Positions 35,500 through 56,772 are shown, counted from the stretch's first letter. The stretch is DNA of 64,000 nucleotides from the human T2T-CHM13v2.0 reference genome, Homo sapiens (GCA_009914755.4 CP086569.2:992001-1056000); one strand, 5' to 3'. Translations and numbers: made by a program. The notes: generated by a model from the letters alone, not told the origin.

Positions 35500-38030
35500 A
35501 ATGGCACTAGAAAGAGAAGGGAATGGGGAGGGGAGGAGGGAGAGGAAGAGGAGGGGGAGGGAAAAACAAAGAGGAGAAAGAGGAAGAGGAGGAGGGGAGA
35601 AGGAGGAAGGAGAGATGGAGGAGGAGGGGAGAAGGAAGAGGAGGGAGATGAGGAGGGAAAAAGGCAGAGATGGGGAAGATAGCAAAGGAGGACAAAGAGG
35701 AGGAGAAGGAGGAGGCAGAGGAGGAGAATGAGAAGGGGAAGAAGGAGGAGGAAGAGGAGAAGGATGAGAAGGAGGAAGAGGAAAGGGAGGGAGAGAAAGA
35801 AGGAGGGGAAAGAGAAGGAGGAGGGAGAGAAAGAGCAGGGAAGGAGGGGAAGAGGAGGGAGAAGGAGGAGGATGGAAAGGGAGGAGGAGGGGGAGGGTGG
35901 GGAGGAGCAGGTGAAGGGAGGAGGAGGGAGGAGGAGGGAGAGGGTGGGGAGGAGCAGGTGAAGGGAGGAGGAGGGAGAGAAAGCAGGGAAGGAGGGGAAG
36001 AGGAGGGAGAAGGAGGAGGATGGAAAGGGAGGAGGAGGGGGAGGGTGGGGAGGAGCAGGTGAAGGGAGGAGGAGGGAGGAGGAGGGAGAGGGTGGGGAGG
36101 AGCAGGTGAAGGGAGGAGGAGGGAGGAGGAGGGAGAGGGTGGGGAGGAGCAGGTGAAGGGAGGAGGAGGGAGGAGTAAGGGGAGTGGGAGGGGGAGGAGG
36201 AGGGGAAGGGAGGAGGAGAAGGGAGGAGGAGGAGGGAGGAGAAGGGGAGGAAGAGAAGTGGGGGAGGGGGAAGGGGGGAGGAGGAGGGGAAGGGAGGAGG
36301 AGGACGGGAAGGGAGGAGGGGAAGGGAAGAGGAGAAGGGAGGAGGAGGAGGGAGGAGGAGGAGGCAGGAGGAGGAGGGAGGAGGAGGAGGGAGGAGGAGA
36401 AGGGAGGAGGGGGAAGGGAGGAGGAGGAGGGAGGAGAAGGGGAGGAAGAGAAGTGGGGGAGGGGGAAGGGGGGAGGAGGAGGGGAAGGGAGGAGGAGGAC
36501 GGGAAGGGAGGAGGGGAAGGGAAGAGGAGAAGGGAGGAGGAGGAGGGAGGAGGAGGAGGCAGGAGGAGGAGGGAGGAGGAGGAGGGAGGAGGAGGAGGGA
36601 GGAGAAGGGGAGGAAGAGAAGTGGGGGAGGGGGAAGGGAGGAGGAGGAGGGGAAGGGAGGAGGAGGACGGGAAGGGAGGAGGGGAAGGGAAGAGGAGAAG
36701 GGAGGAGGAGGAGGGAGGAGGAGGAGGGAGGAGGAGGAGGGAGGAGGAGGAGGGAGGAGGAGGAGGGAGGAGAAGGGGAGGAAGAGAAGTGGGGGAGGGG
36801 GAAGGGAGGAGGAGGACGGGAAGGGAGGAGGGGAAGGGAAGAGGAGAAGGGAGGAGGAGGAGGGAGGAGGAGGAGGGAGGAGGAGGAGGGAGGAGGAGGA
36901 GGGAGGAGGAGGAGGGAGGAGAAGGGGAGGAAGAGAAGTGGGGGAGGGGGAAGGGAGGAGGAGGAGGGGAAGGGAGGAGGAGGACGGGAAGGGAGGAGGG
37001 GAAGGGAAGAGGAGAAGGGAGGAGGAGGAGGGAGGAGGAGGAGGGAGGAGGAGGAGGGAGGAGGAGGAGGGAGGAGGAGGGAGGAGGAGGAGGGAGGAGA
37101 AGGGGAGGAAGAGAAGTGGGGGAGGGGGAAGGGAGGAGGAGGAGGGGAAGGGAGGAGGAGGACGGGAAGGGAGGAGGGGAAGGGAAGAGGAGAAGGGAGG
37201 AGGAGGAGGGAGGAGGAGGAGGGAGGAGGAGGAGGAGGAGGAGGAGGGAGGAGGAGGGGAGGAGGGAAGGAGAGAAGTGGGGGAGGGGGAAGGGAGGAGG
37301 AGGAGGGGAAGGGAGGAGGAGGACGGGAAGGGAGGAGGGGAAGGGAAGAGGAGAAGGGAGGAGGAGGAGGGAGGAGGAGGAGGGAGGAGGAGGAGGGAGG
37401 AGGAGGAGGGAGGAGGAGGGAGGAGGAGGAGGGAGGAGAAGGGGAGGAAGAGAAGTGGGGGAGGGGGAAGGGAGGAGGAGGAGGGGAAGGGAGGAGGAGG
37501 ACGGGAAGGGAGGAGGGGAAGGGAAGAGGAGAAGGGAGGAGGAGGAGGGAGGAGGAGGAGGGAGGAGGAGGAGGGAGGAGGAGGAGGGAGGAGGAGGAGG
37601 GAGGAGAAGGGGAGGAAGAGAAGTGGGGGAGGGGGAAGGGAGGAGGAGGAGGGGAAGGGAAGAGGAGGAGAAAAAGAGAAGGAGGAGGTGGAGGGAGGAG
37701 GAGGGGGATCAGGAGAAGAGGATAGGAGGAGAGGAAGGTGGGAGGAGGGAGAGAAGGGAAGAGGAAGTGAGGACGAGGGAGGAGGAGGGGAAGGGAAGAG
37801 GAGGAGAAGAGCAGGAGGACAGGGAGGGGGAGGGAGGAGGAGGTGGAGGAGGAGAAGAGGATGGGAGACGAGGAAGGTAGGAGGAGGAGGGGCAGGAGAA
37901 GAGAAGTGGGAAGAAAAGGAGGAGGGAGGAGGAGGAGGGAGGAGGAGGAGGGAGGAGGAGGGGGAGGAGAAAGGGAGGAGGAGAAGTGGGGGAGGGGGAA
38001 GGGAGGAGGAAGGGGGAAGGGAAATCGTGT
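35500..38030 (+). repeat. ~2.5-kb polypurine (GGAGGA/GGGAGG)n array with ~160-175-bp higher-order periodicity
   Basis: near-pure G/A for 2.5 kb; marker 'gaagagaagtggggga' recurs at ~36247, 36453, 36612, 36783, 36932, 37109, 37270, 37444, 37613. Confidence 0.95.
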
Positions 38031-38032
38031 TT

Positions 38033-38335
38033 CCAATGCATTTCTTGCTTCCGCGGAAATTGTCTATCAAATTCATGTCCTGCTTCCGTGATAATTGTCT
38101 TTCAGATGCATTTCTTGCTTCTGTGATAATTGTCTGTCAAATGCATTTCTTGCTTCCGTGGAAATTGGCTTTCAAATTTATTTCTTGCTTCCGTGATAAT
38201 TGTCTTTCAAATGCATTTCTTGCTTTCTTGGAAATTATCTTTCAAATTCATTTCTTGCTTCCGTGATAATTGTCTTTCAAATGCATTTCTTGCTTTCGTG
38301 GAAATTGTCTTTCAAATGCATTTCTTGCTTTCCTG
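38033..38335. repeat. ~36-bp minisatellite, ~8.5 copies
   Basis: 'tgcatttcttgcttccgtggaaattgtct[at]tcaaat' / 'tcatttcttgcttccgtgataattgtctttcaaa' alternating variants, period ~35-36. Confidence 0.9.
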
Positions 38336-38439
38336 GTGAACGGCAGCATAAAAGAATTCGCTAGGTGCTTCTGCTCTAATTTTGGTTGTTTAACTTTTTT
38401 TTTTCAGTGTATGTGCAGCTTTTATTTTTTTTTAATTTT

Positions 38440-38590
38440 ATTATTATACTTTAAGTTTTAGGGTACATGTGCACAACGTGCAGGTTTGTTACATATGTAT
38501 ACATGTGCCATGCTGGTGTGCTGCACCTATTAACTCGTCCTTTAGCATTAGGTATATCTCCTAATGCTATCCTTCCCCCCTCCCCCTGGT
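38440..38590 (-). mobile_element. L1 3'-UTR terminal fragment (minus)
   Basis: 'gggtacatgtgcacaacgtgcaggtttgttacatatgtatacatgtgccatgctggtgtgctgcacctattaactcgtcctttagcattaggtatatctcctaatgctatccttcccc' is the reverse complement of the L1 3' end. Confidence 0.85.
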
Positions 38591-38626
38591 TGTTTAACAT
38601 TTTTATTTGATCCTTTTATTATTTAA

Positions 38627-39030
<404 letters not shown>

Positions 39031-39054
39031 TAGAGTTTTCCTCTCCCCTGCTGT

Positions 39055-39400
39055 GTGCCCAGCATGCTAAGAATGTAGCAGGATGAGCCTGTACAGACAA
39101 AACTCCTCAGACACCAGATTAAAGAAGGAACAGGTTTTCATTCGGCCGGGAGCGTCGGCAGACTCACGTCTTAAGAGCCGAGCTCCCCGAGAAAGAAATT
39201 CTTGGCCTTTTCAAAGGCTTACAGCTTTAAGGGGTCCACGTGAAAGAGTCGTGATATATGGAGCAAGCGTGGGGAATGTGACTGGGGGCTGCACGCGTCA
39301 GCCAACAGCACAAAAAGTTCTACAATGTTTTTTTCATACAGTGTCTGGAATTTACAGATAACACAAGTAGTTTAGGTCAGGGGTTGATGTTATTATTTTT
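39055..39400 (-). mobile_element. Unclassified LTR-like repeat, copy 1 (minus); same family as 40690-40980 and 44790-45240
   Basis: reverse complement reads '...aacccctgacctaaactacttgtgttatctgtaaattccagacactgtatgaaaaaaacattgtagaactttttgtgctgttggctgacgcgtgcagcccccagtcacattccccacgcttgctccatatatcacgactctttcacgtggaccccttaaagctgtaagcctttgaaaagg...ggggagctcggctcttaagacgtgagtctgccgacgctcccggccgaatgaaaacctgttccttctttaatctggtgtctgaggagttttgtctgtacaggctcatcctgctaca', near-colinear with 44790-45110. Confidence 0.6.
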
Positions 39401-39465
39401 ACTTTTTTTAACTCCTAGGGCTGGGCGGTGGTGCCAAGGGTGTCTGGCTACTTATCTTACTGAGG

Positions 39466-40511
39466 TGTAGGGAAAAGAAAGACAAATCAGACTGTGACCG
39501 TGTCTATGGAGAAAGGAGAGACATAAGAGAGTCCATTTAGAAAAAGACCTGTACTTTCAACTATTGCTTTGCTGAGATGTTGTTAATGTGTAGGTTTGCC
39601 CCAGCCACTTTGACCCAACCTGGAGCTCACAAAAACATGTGTTGTAGGAAATCAAGGTTTATGAAATCGAGGTTATGAAATCAAGGGCTGTGCAGGACGT
39701 GCCTTGTTAACAAAATGTTCACGAGCGGTATACTTGGTAAAACTCATCGCCATTCTCTAGTCTCAATAAACCAGAGGCACGATGCACTGCGGAAAGCTGC
39801 AGGGACCTCTGCCCTTGAAAGCCGGGTATTGTCCAATTGTCCAAGCGGGGTATTGTTTCTCCCCATGTGATAGTCTGAAATATGGCCTCGTGGGATGAGA
39901 AAGACCCGACCGTCCCCCAGCCCGACACCCGTAAAGGGTCTGTGCTGAGGTGGATTGGTAAAAGAGGAAAGCCTCTTGCAGTTGAGATAGAGGAAAGCCA
40001 CTGTCTCCTGCCTGCCCCTGGGAACTGAACGTCTCGGTATAAAACCCGATTGTACATTTGTTCAATTCTGAGATCGGAGAAAAACCGCCCTACGGTGGGA
40101 GGCCAGACATGTTTGCAGTAATGCTGCTTTGTTATTCTTTACTCCACTGAGATATTTGGGTGGAGAGAAACATAAATCTGGCCTATGTGCACGTCCAGTC
40201 ATAGTACCTTCCCTTGAACCTAATTACGACATAGATTCTTTTGCTCACATGTTTGTTGCTGACCTTCTCCTTATTATCACCCAGCTCTCCTACTACATTC
40301 CTTTTTGCTGAAATAATGAAAATAATAATCAATAAAAACTGAGGGAACTCAGAGGCCGGTGCCGGTGCAGGTCCTTGGTATGCTGAGCGCTGGTCCCCTG
40401 GGCCCACTGTTGTTTCTCTATACTTTGTCTCTGTGTTTTATTTCTCTTTCTCAGTCTCTCGTCCCACCCGACTGGAAATACCCACAGGTGTGGAGGGGCA
40501 GGCCACCCCTT
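39466..40511 (+). mobile_element. Solo LTR of the HERV-K (HML-2) LTR5 family, diverged (older subfamily), flanked by a 6-bp TSD 'ctgagg'
   Basis: 'tgtagggaaaagaaagacaaatcagactgtgaccgtgtctatggagaaaggagagacataagagagtccatttag...ctgcggaaagctgcagggacctctgcccttgaaagccgggtattgtcc...ttctccccatgtgatagtctgaaatatggcctcgtgggatgagaaagacccgaccgtcccccagcccgacacccgtaaagggtctgtgctgagg...gtctcggtataaaacccgattgta...aataaaaactgagggaactcagaggccgg...ctctatactttgtctctgtgtttt...cagtctctcgtcccacccgactggaaatacccacaggtgtggaggggcaggccaccccttca' is colinear with the remembered LTR5 consensus; 'ctgagg' at 39460-39465 and again at 40512-40517. Confidence 0.85.
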
Positions 40512-40689
40512 CACTGAGGGAAGAGAGAGACCCTCTCATATTGTTTTATGTTGTTTTATACTCATTACCTGTTTTAAGAAAACAGCAAGGAAGTGAGATC
40601 AAAGACAGGCAGCCCGGCGCCAGGCCCGAAACCAGGCCTGGGGCTGCCGGCCCTAAACCCAGTAGTTAAAACTCAACTCATAACTTAGA

Positions 40690-40980
40690 AACCGATGTTA
40701 TTCATAGATTCCAGACGTCGTATAGAAGAACACTGCGAAACTCCCTGCCCCGTTCTGTTTCTCTCTGACCACAGGTGCACGCAGCCCCTGTCACGTACCC
40801 CTTGCCCGCTCAAATCAATCACGACCCTTTCATGTAAAATCTTTAGTGTTGTGAGCCCTTAAAAGGGACAGAAATTGTGCATTTGGAGAGCTGGGATTTT
40901 AAGGCAGTAGCTTCCCGATGCTCCCAGCTGAATAAAGCCCTTCCTTCTACAGCTTGGTGTCTGAGAGGTTTTGTCTGAGG
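40690..40980 (+). mobile_element. Unclassified LTR-like repeat, copy 2 (+, partial); forms an inverted pair with copy 1 around the LTR5
   Basis: 'agacgtcgtatagaagaacactgcgaaactccctgccccgttctgtttctctctgaccacaggtgcacgcagcccctgtcacgtaccccttgcccgctcaaatcaatcacgaccctttcatgtaaaatctttagtgttgtgagcccttaaaagggacag...gggattttaaggcagtagcttcccgatgctcccagctgaataaagcccttccttctacagcttggtgtctgagaggttttgtctgaggctcgtcctgctaca' has TATA-like 'cccttaaaag', 'aataaa', and terminal 'ctaca'. Confidence 0.6.
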
Positions 40981-41506
40981 CTCGTCCTGCTACATTACTT
41001 TTGTGGGGTTTTTTTTTGTTTTTTTTCCAACTTCTTGCTTTTTCTCTCCTCCTGTCTTGTGAACTAGGCAAGGTGAGGGGAGGAGGGCAGCAGGAGGAGT
41101 ACTGGTCTCCTTCCTTAAGAATATCCCTGGAAACTCTCTTTCCCATCTTGCACGATGGCAGGTGAAAAAGTTGAGAAGGCAGATACTAAAGAGAAGAAAC
41201 CTGAAGCCAAGAAGGCTGATGCTGGTGGCGAGGTGAAAAACCGTCACCTCAAGGCTAAAAGGCCCAAGAAGAGGAAGCCCCATTGCAGCCACAACCGTGT
41301 CCTTGTCAGAGGAATTGGCAGGCAATCCCTATATCTCCCGTGTATTCCGGGAAGGCCGTGTACAAGAGGAAGTACTCAGCCACTAAATCCAACGTTGAAA
41401 AGAAAAAGAAGGAGAAGGTTCTTGCGACCGTTACACAACCAGTTGGCGGTGACAAGGACGGAGGTACCCGCGTGGTTAAACTTCGCAAAATGCCTAGGTA
41501 TTATCC

Positions 41507-42158
41507 TGAAATGCCTACCCTTGTTTTTACTTTAACTTGTTACTTTGAATATTGTTCTGCTTGTCTCTTTAATCACCTAGACCTGCTTCTCATGTAAATG
41601 AGACTCTCTCTAGGTGGGAAAGCCGGACAAACTCCAATTGACCACTTAATTTTCAAGACTCTAAGGGCTCCTCACCCAACCCCCTTTCCTAAGGAGTTGG
41701 CCTGGGTAAACAGATCCTCAGCATTTCAAACAAGCCCAATTAACTAATAAGGTACTGGCACCCACAATGTATGAAGTTCCCCAGGAATTTTCCTCCAAGA
41801 GATAACAACATAAAACCTTCAGTTTGTGTCCTGCATAGACCGTATATCTAATTATAATGAAAGATTTAGAACCTTGCACCTGCTACCGTTGCTCTTCTTG
41901 TCACCATTTGTCTTTTAAGTTGTTTATCACTCTGTAACCCTTTTGATTTTTTTCATTCTTGCATGTTTTTACTTCTCTAGAATTATTACATTTGAGTCCC
42001 CCTCCCCTTCCTAAACCTAGGTATAAAAGTTAATGGAGCCCCTTCCACGTGGCCGAGAGAATTTTGAGCGTTAGCCGTCTCTTTGGCCGCCGGCTTAATA
42101 AAGGACTCTTAATTCGTCTCAAAGTGTGGCGTTCTCACTAACTCGCCTGGGTACGACA
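41507..42158 (+). mobile_element. Solo LTR (unclassified ERV, + orientation) inserted into the RPL6 pseudogene, with a 4-bp TSD 'atcc'
   Basis: RPL6 cDNA colinearity breaks between 'tattatcc' and 'tactgaagat'; the insert starts 'tgaaatgcc' and ends 'gggtacgaca' (TG...CA); it contains 'cctaggtataaaagtt' (TATA), 'cttaataaaggactc' (poly-A signal); 'atcc' at 41503-41506 and 42159-42162. Confidence 0.75.
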
Positions 42159-42257
42159 ATCCTACTGAAGATGTACCAGTTAGCACGTGAGAAAACGGCG
42201 AGCCAGCATTATGCCCGGGACCATTCGGATCCTCCTCACTGGAGGCCACATGGGCAA

Positions 42258-43340
<1,083 letters not shown>

Positions 43341-43954
43341 TAGCAGCGTGAGATTGATTAGAAAGCTGTGGACGCACAGATTTCACCAAAAATCAAAGCT
43401 ATTCCTCAGCTCCAGGGCTACCTAGGATCTGTGTTTGTCCTGACGAATGGAATCTATCCTCACAAATTGGTGTTCTAAATGTCTTAAGAACCTCATTAAA
43501 TAGCTGACTACAAAAAAAAAAGGAATATACCTGGAACAAGCAGCAGGTTCCGTAGCGGGAACTTCCTTGGAATCAAAGCACCTTAATCGGGAAGAGGTTT
43601 CCTCATCTCTCCTTCTTCTCACCTGCTTTCCTTTGCCCTGCAAAGGCTGCAGAACACACCGCCTCAAAACATGGGGCTTTGTCACAAAGATTTCTGAAAC
43701 GAAAGCCAGTGAGAAGAAGGACAGATGAGAAAACCTCTTCCCAATTAAGCCACTTCCTCATCACACCTTGTCTTACCAGGGACCAGGGACTCATGTGCCT
43801 GGTTTTATGAAATGAGACCACCACTTCTCCTGTTGTCCTTCCCAGCTTCTCCCCGACTTCCCCTTCTCCCTAGTTTGTAAGACAGGACAAAACGGAGAAA
43901 GCAAAAAGTTGGAAACAAACAGAAGTAAGATAAATAGCCAGATGACTTTTTTTA

Positions 43955-44789
43955 TTTATAATATTTTATTACAATATTTTATTGTTATATGATAATATCT
44001 ATATTACCTATAATATGTAAATATAAATATTATAGATATTATAATATATTATATTATAATAAATATAATATAATAATATATAAAATAATATAATATATAA
44101 AATAATGTAATATATTATATTATTATAATATATTATAATATAATGATATATTATATTATAATATTATATTATAATATAATGATATATTATATAATTATAA
44201 TATTATATTATAATATACTGATATATTATAATATTAAAATATAATATTATAATATTATAATATAGTATTATAATATTATAATATTATATTATAATATTAT
44301 AATATTAAAATATAATATTATAATATTATAATATAATATTATAATATTATCAATAATATAATATTATAATATTATTAATAATATAATATCATAATATTAT
44401 TAATAATATATTATAATGTAATATCATTATAATATATATTATAATCATATTATTATAATATATATTATAATATATTATTATATATTATTATAATAGATAT
44501 CGTAATATATATTATATCATAATCTATGTTATAATATATTATAATAATATTATAATAATATATTATAATAATATTATAATAATATATTATAATAATATTA
44601 TAATAATATATTATAATAATATTATAATAATATATTATTTATTATAATAATATATTATTTATTATAATATAATATCTATATTTTATTATTATTAAAATAA
44701 TAAAATATAATAAAATAATAATAATATATTATTATTATAAAATAATAATAATATTATTATAAAATAATAATATATTATTATTATAAAAT

Positions 44790-44800
<11 letters not shown>
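43955..44800. repeat. AT-rich (ATAATATTAT)n-type array, ~850 bp
   Basis: 'attttattacaatattttattgttatatgataatatctatattacctataatatgtaaatataaatattatagatattataatatattatattataataaatataat...'. Confidence 0.95.
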
Positions 44801-46890
<2,090 letters not shown>

Positions 46891-47552
46891 ATATCACAGA
46901 AAAATAGCTGAAGGCCACCGAGGCAGCTCATCCGTCAACACCCTCCACGTTTTATGTTTGAGGAAATCCAGAGACGTGTGTAATTGCCGCAGAATTCCTA
47001 AGACGTGTGTGAGCATGAAATGACATATGCACTAATACCTTTGCTGTAGGAAAAACACAATCTTCCTAGCCACGTTTACGACCCTTTCCCTCCAAGGGCT
47101 TTCGGATGCAAACGCATACACGCTAACGATGCAGAAATTAAAAGGTTCTCAACGTCCCCTGTGCAACTAAGGGGTTTTTTTGTTTTTTTCTTTTTGAAGC
47201 TGGTGTTTCCAGCATTACAGGTCGCGACCACCCAGTTGCAAAAGCCAGGCACGGAGCCAGGGCAAGGAGGAGGCGTAACTTTCTTTCTGCAAAGCGTGCG
47301 TGACTTCAGCAGCCCAGGCAAGATCCACAGAGGGTCCAGAAATAAGGCTCGGCCAAGAAGAAAATAGAAAATTGCTTGCTCGCTTGTAAAATTTAACTGT
47401 TCTTTGCAATGGCAGGAGCCACGATTTTTTTTTTTAATAACATGAATGCGTGAGTATGTGTGTCTAAGTGGACTTTGCCTCTAAGAATTTGGTAAAAAGC
47501 GATTTTAACTTCAGCCTTGGAGGGAATCTCTCAACCCACAGAGCTCAGCACG

Positions 47553-47812
47553 TCTTAAATTCATGGAGTTTTTGGCAAGCGCATGGGGGCACCGTCTCTA
47601 GCCCCTAAATACTCATTTTATGCGATTTTTTTTTTTCATCTTAAATTCATGGAGTTTTTGGCAAGCGCATGGGGGCACCGTCTCTAGCCTCCAAATACTC
47701 ATTTTATGCGATTTTTTTTTTCATCTTAAATTCATGGAGTTTTTGGCAAGCGCATGGGGGCACCGTCTCTAGCCCCTAAATACTCATTTTATGAGATTTT
47801 TTTTTTCAGTTG
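47553..47812. repeat. ~87-bp tandem repeat x3
   Basis: 'cttaaattcatggagtttttggcaagcgcatgggggcaccgtctctagcc[ct]c[ct]aaatactcattttatg[ca]gatttttttttt' begins at 47553, 47640, 47727. Confidence 0.95.
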
Positions 47813-47881
47813 AAGAAAATGTCAAAAGGTTGTCACAGCTGTGTGGAGGAAAAGTTAAACATTAAATTTGAACTCAATTGA

Positions 47882-48415
<534 letters not shown>

Positions 48416-48639
48416 TCCATACTGTTTTTTATAGAGCTTGTACTAATTTACGTTCCCCCCAGGAATATATAAAGCATTCTCTTTTCACCACACTCATGCC
48501 AATATTTTTTTTTAACTTTTTAATAATGGTCATTCTGCCTGGGGCAAGATGGTGTCTCAGTGTGATTTTAATCTGCATTTCCCTGATGCAAATTTCATCT
48601 CCATTTAAACAACAAAGAAAACAGTGGCCAGGCCGAGGT

Positions 48640-49565
<926 letters not shown>

Positions 49566-49764
49566 GCTGAAATCGTCATGTGCTGCTTCCTATCTTCTTT
49601 TTTGAGAATCAGCACATGTCCAACTGCTCAGAAGCCTCAGGAAACGGTGTGGCTTCCCTCTTTGCTGGCTGCAGCACACGGTCTCGAAACAGGGGGCCGG
49701 GGAGGGCTCAGAGAACAAGGGTCAAAGCTTTCTTAGGAAATGTCAGGCTGCTGGTTTCATTTAA

Positions 49765-50090
<326 letters not shown>

Positions 50091-50196
50091 ACTTGTTACT
50101 TCATGCTTCCAGGATTCTGCCTTTGTAACCTTCCGCAGGGCACCTGTTTCATGTCAAATTCCTGAGTTAGAGATATTTAAGTATAACAATAGTCAC

Positions 50197-50680
50197 AGGC
50201 TGGGCATGATGGCTCACGCCTATAATCCCAGCACTTTGGGAGGCCGAGGCAGGCAGATCATCTGAGGTCAGGAATTTGAGACCAGCCTGGCCAACATGGC
50301 GAAACCCCGTTTCTACTAAAAATACATAAATCAGCCTGGCGTAGTGGCCGGTGCCTGTAATCCTAGCTACTGTGGAGGCTGAGGCAGGAGAATGGCTTGA
50401 ACCTGAGAGACGGAGGTTACAGTGAGCTGAGGTTGCGCCACTGCACTCCAGCCTGGGCAACAGAGCACGACTGTCAATAAAATAAAATAAGATAAAAATA
50501 AAATAAAATAAAATAAAATAAAATAAAATAAAATAAAATAAATAATAAAATAAAATAAAATAAAAATAAAATAAAATAAAATAAGATAGAATAAAATAAA
50601 ATAAAATAAATAAAATAAAATAAAATAAAATAAAATATAATGAAATGAAATAAAATAAAATAAAATAAATAAAATAGTCA
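50197..50680 (+). mobile_element. Alu (50197-50470) with an expanded (AAAAT)n tail (50470-50680)
   Basis: 'ggctgggcatgatggctcacgcctataatcccagcactttgggaggccgaggcaggcagatcatctgaggtcaggaatttgagaccagcc...' then 'aataaaataaaataagataaaaataaaataaaataaaat...'. Confidence 0.9.
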
Positions 50681-50883
50681 CAGAAGCATCCCACCCTGGG
50701 ACGCCATCCCCAACCGAGGCCACGGCTCCTACAAGACTCAGCTTCAAGCCTCCACCTCTCCCTGTTGTCATTGACAAATGCCCCACTTCCAGCAGGGTCA
50801 TAGAAGGGCAAGTGGAGTCCCCTGCCCCTAAAGAGCCCAGCTGACCTTCCCCCACGTAAAAAATGACCTTCCCCCATTTTTTA

Positions 50884-52260
<1,377 letters not shown>

Positions 52261-52390
52261 AAGGACAGCATGAACATGAATTTGGGGAAGGAGACATTGT
52301 ATAACCCACTGCTTTGACACAGTGAGTTAAAAAATCTATAAATACTCCATGATGTGGATGGTGATTCACAGAACTTTCCACAACTTTTAG

Positions 52391-53600
<1,210 letters not shown>

Positions 53601-53789
53601 CTCGGTTCTTTGTTATCTGCCTTTTTAAGTCACACTCGGGGCCGGGAACACCCAGGTTTTCACCTAGGGCTTTCGGCTGTGAACCTGCCATGTCTGCTAC
53701 TGATCAGAAGTAATGATTATTTCAGAGGAGAGGGACAGGGGCCTCCCTCTGATTCACAATGTTCCCCAAAGGAGAGATAGCATCTGTGA

Positions 53790-54225
<436 letters not shown>

Positions 54226-54337
54226 AAACTCAATTTCCAGTACCCCACTGAGGAAAAAAGACAACGTGGTCATCGGCTTGCTGTGGGGTGAACACTGTCA
54301 TCGTGACCCTAAACCTGAGTCCCTGGGTTCCCATTTA

Positions 54338-55366
<1,029 letters not shown>

Positions 55367-55482
55367 TCACTCTGTCGCCCAGGCTGGAATGCAGTGGCAC
55401 AATCTCGGCTTCATTTGCAACAATGTATAAACCTAGAAAACCTGAGACAGGTCGGGGCACAGCTTGGTTTTTTTTGTTTTGA

Positions 55483-56335
<853 letters not shown>

Positions 56336-56614
56336 AAGAAAACAGAAAAAAAAGAACCTTTGTTTCCGCCCAGAAAGGCAGGGACAGCACAAAGCCAGGA
56401 GCAGGTTTCCAGGTAACAGGTAGGTGGGAGACAGATGGTTGCACTGTTTTGAGTTTCTGATAACCTTTTTTGAAGGAGGAGATCAGATGTGGGTCTATCT
56501 CACTGAGCAGAGGGGTGACTTTGAGTACAATGGGAGGCAGGTTTGCCTGTAGCAGTTCCCAGCTTGAATTTTCCTTTTAGCTTCCTGATTTGGAAGGGGC
56601 CCAAGATGTTTTCC

Positions 56615-56772
56615 TTCCACGCTATACGCTGTGGAATATACTACACAGCCATAAAAATGAAGGAAATAAGGTTCTGTGCAGCAACCTGGATGCCGCTGGA
56701 GGGCATTATCCTAAGAGAATTAACAAAGGAACAGAAAACCAAACACTGCAGGTTCTCACTTTGTAAGTAGAA
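56615..56772 (+). mobile_element. L1 fragment (ORF2 C-terminus / start of 3'UTR), lacking its 3' end
   Basis: 'ggaatatactacacagccataaaaatgaaggaaataaggttctgtgcagcaacctggatgccgctggagggcattatcctaagagaattaacaaaggaacagaaaaccaaacactgcaggttctcactttgtaagtag' is colinear with L1 '...actactcagccataaaaaaggatgagttcatgtcctttgtagggacatggatgaagctggaaaccatcat...caaaaaaccaaacaccgcatgttctcactcataggtgg'. Confidence 0.8.

Noticed and set aside
35440-38076. 878-aa and 862-aa minus-strand ORFs (P/S/L-rich) and 442-575-aa plus-strand ORFs (G/R/E-rich)
   Set aside because: They lie entirely within the (GGAGGA)n polypurine array. Composition is extreme low-complexity with no start context. They are a frame-independent open-reading artefact of a stop-codon-poor simple repeat.
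50167-50877. 236-aa minus-strand ORF
   Set aside because: It spans an Alu and the (AAAAT)n tail (giving '[10 protein letters not shown]...') and is a repeat artefact.
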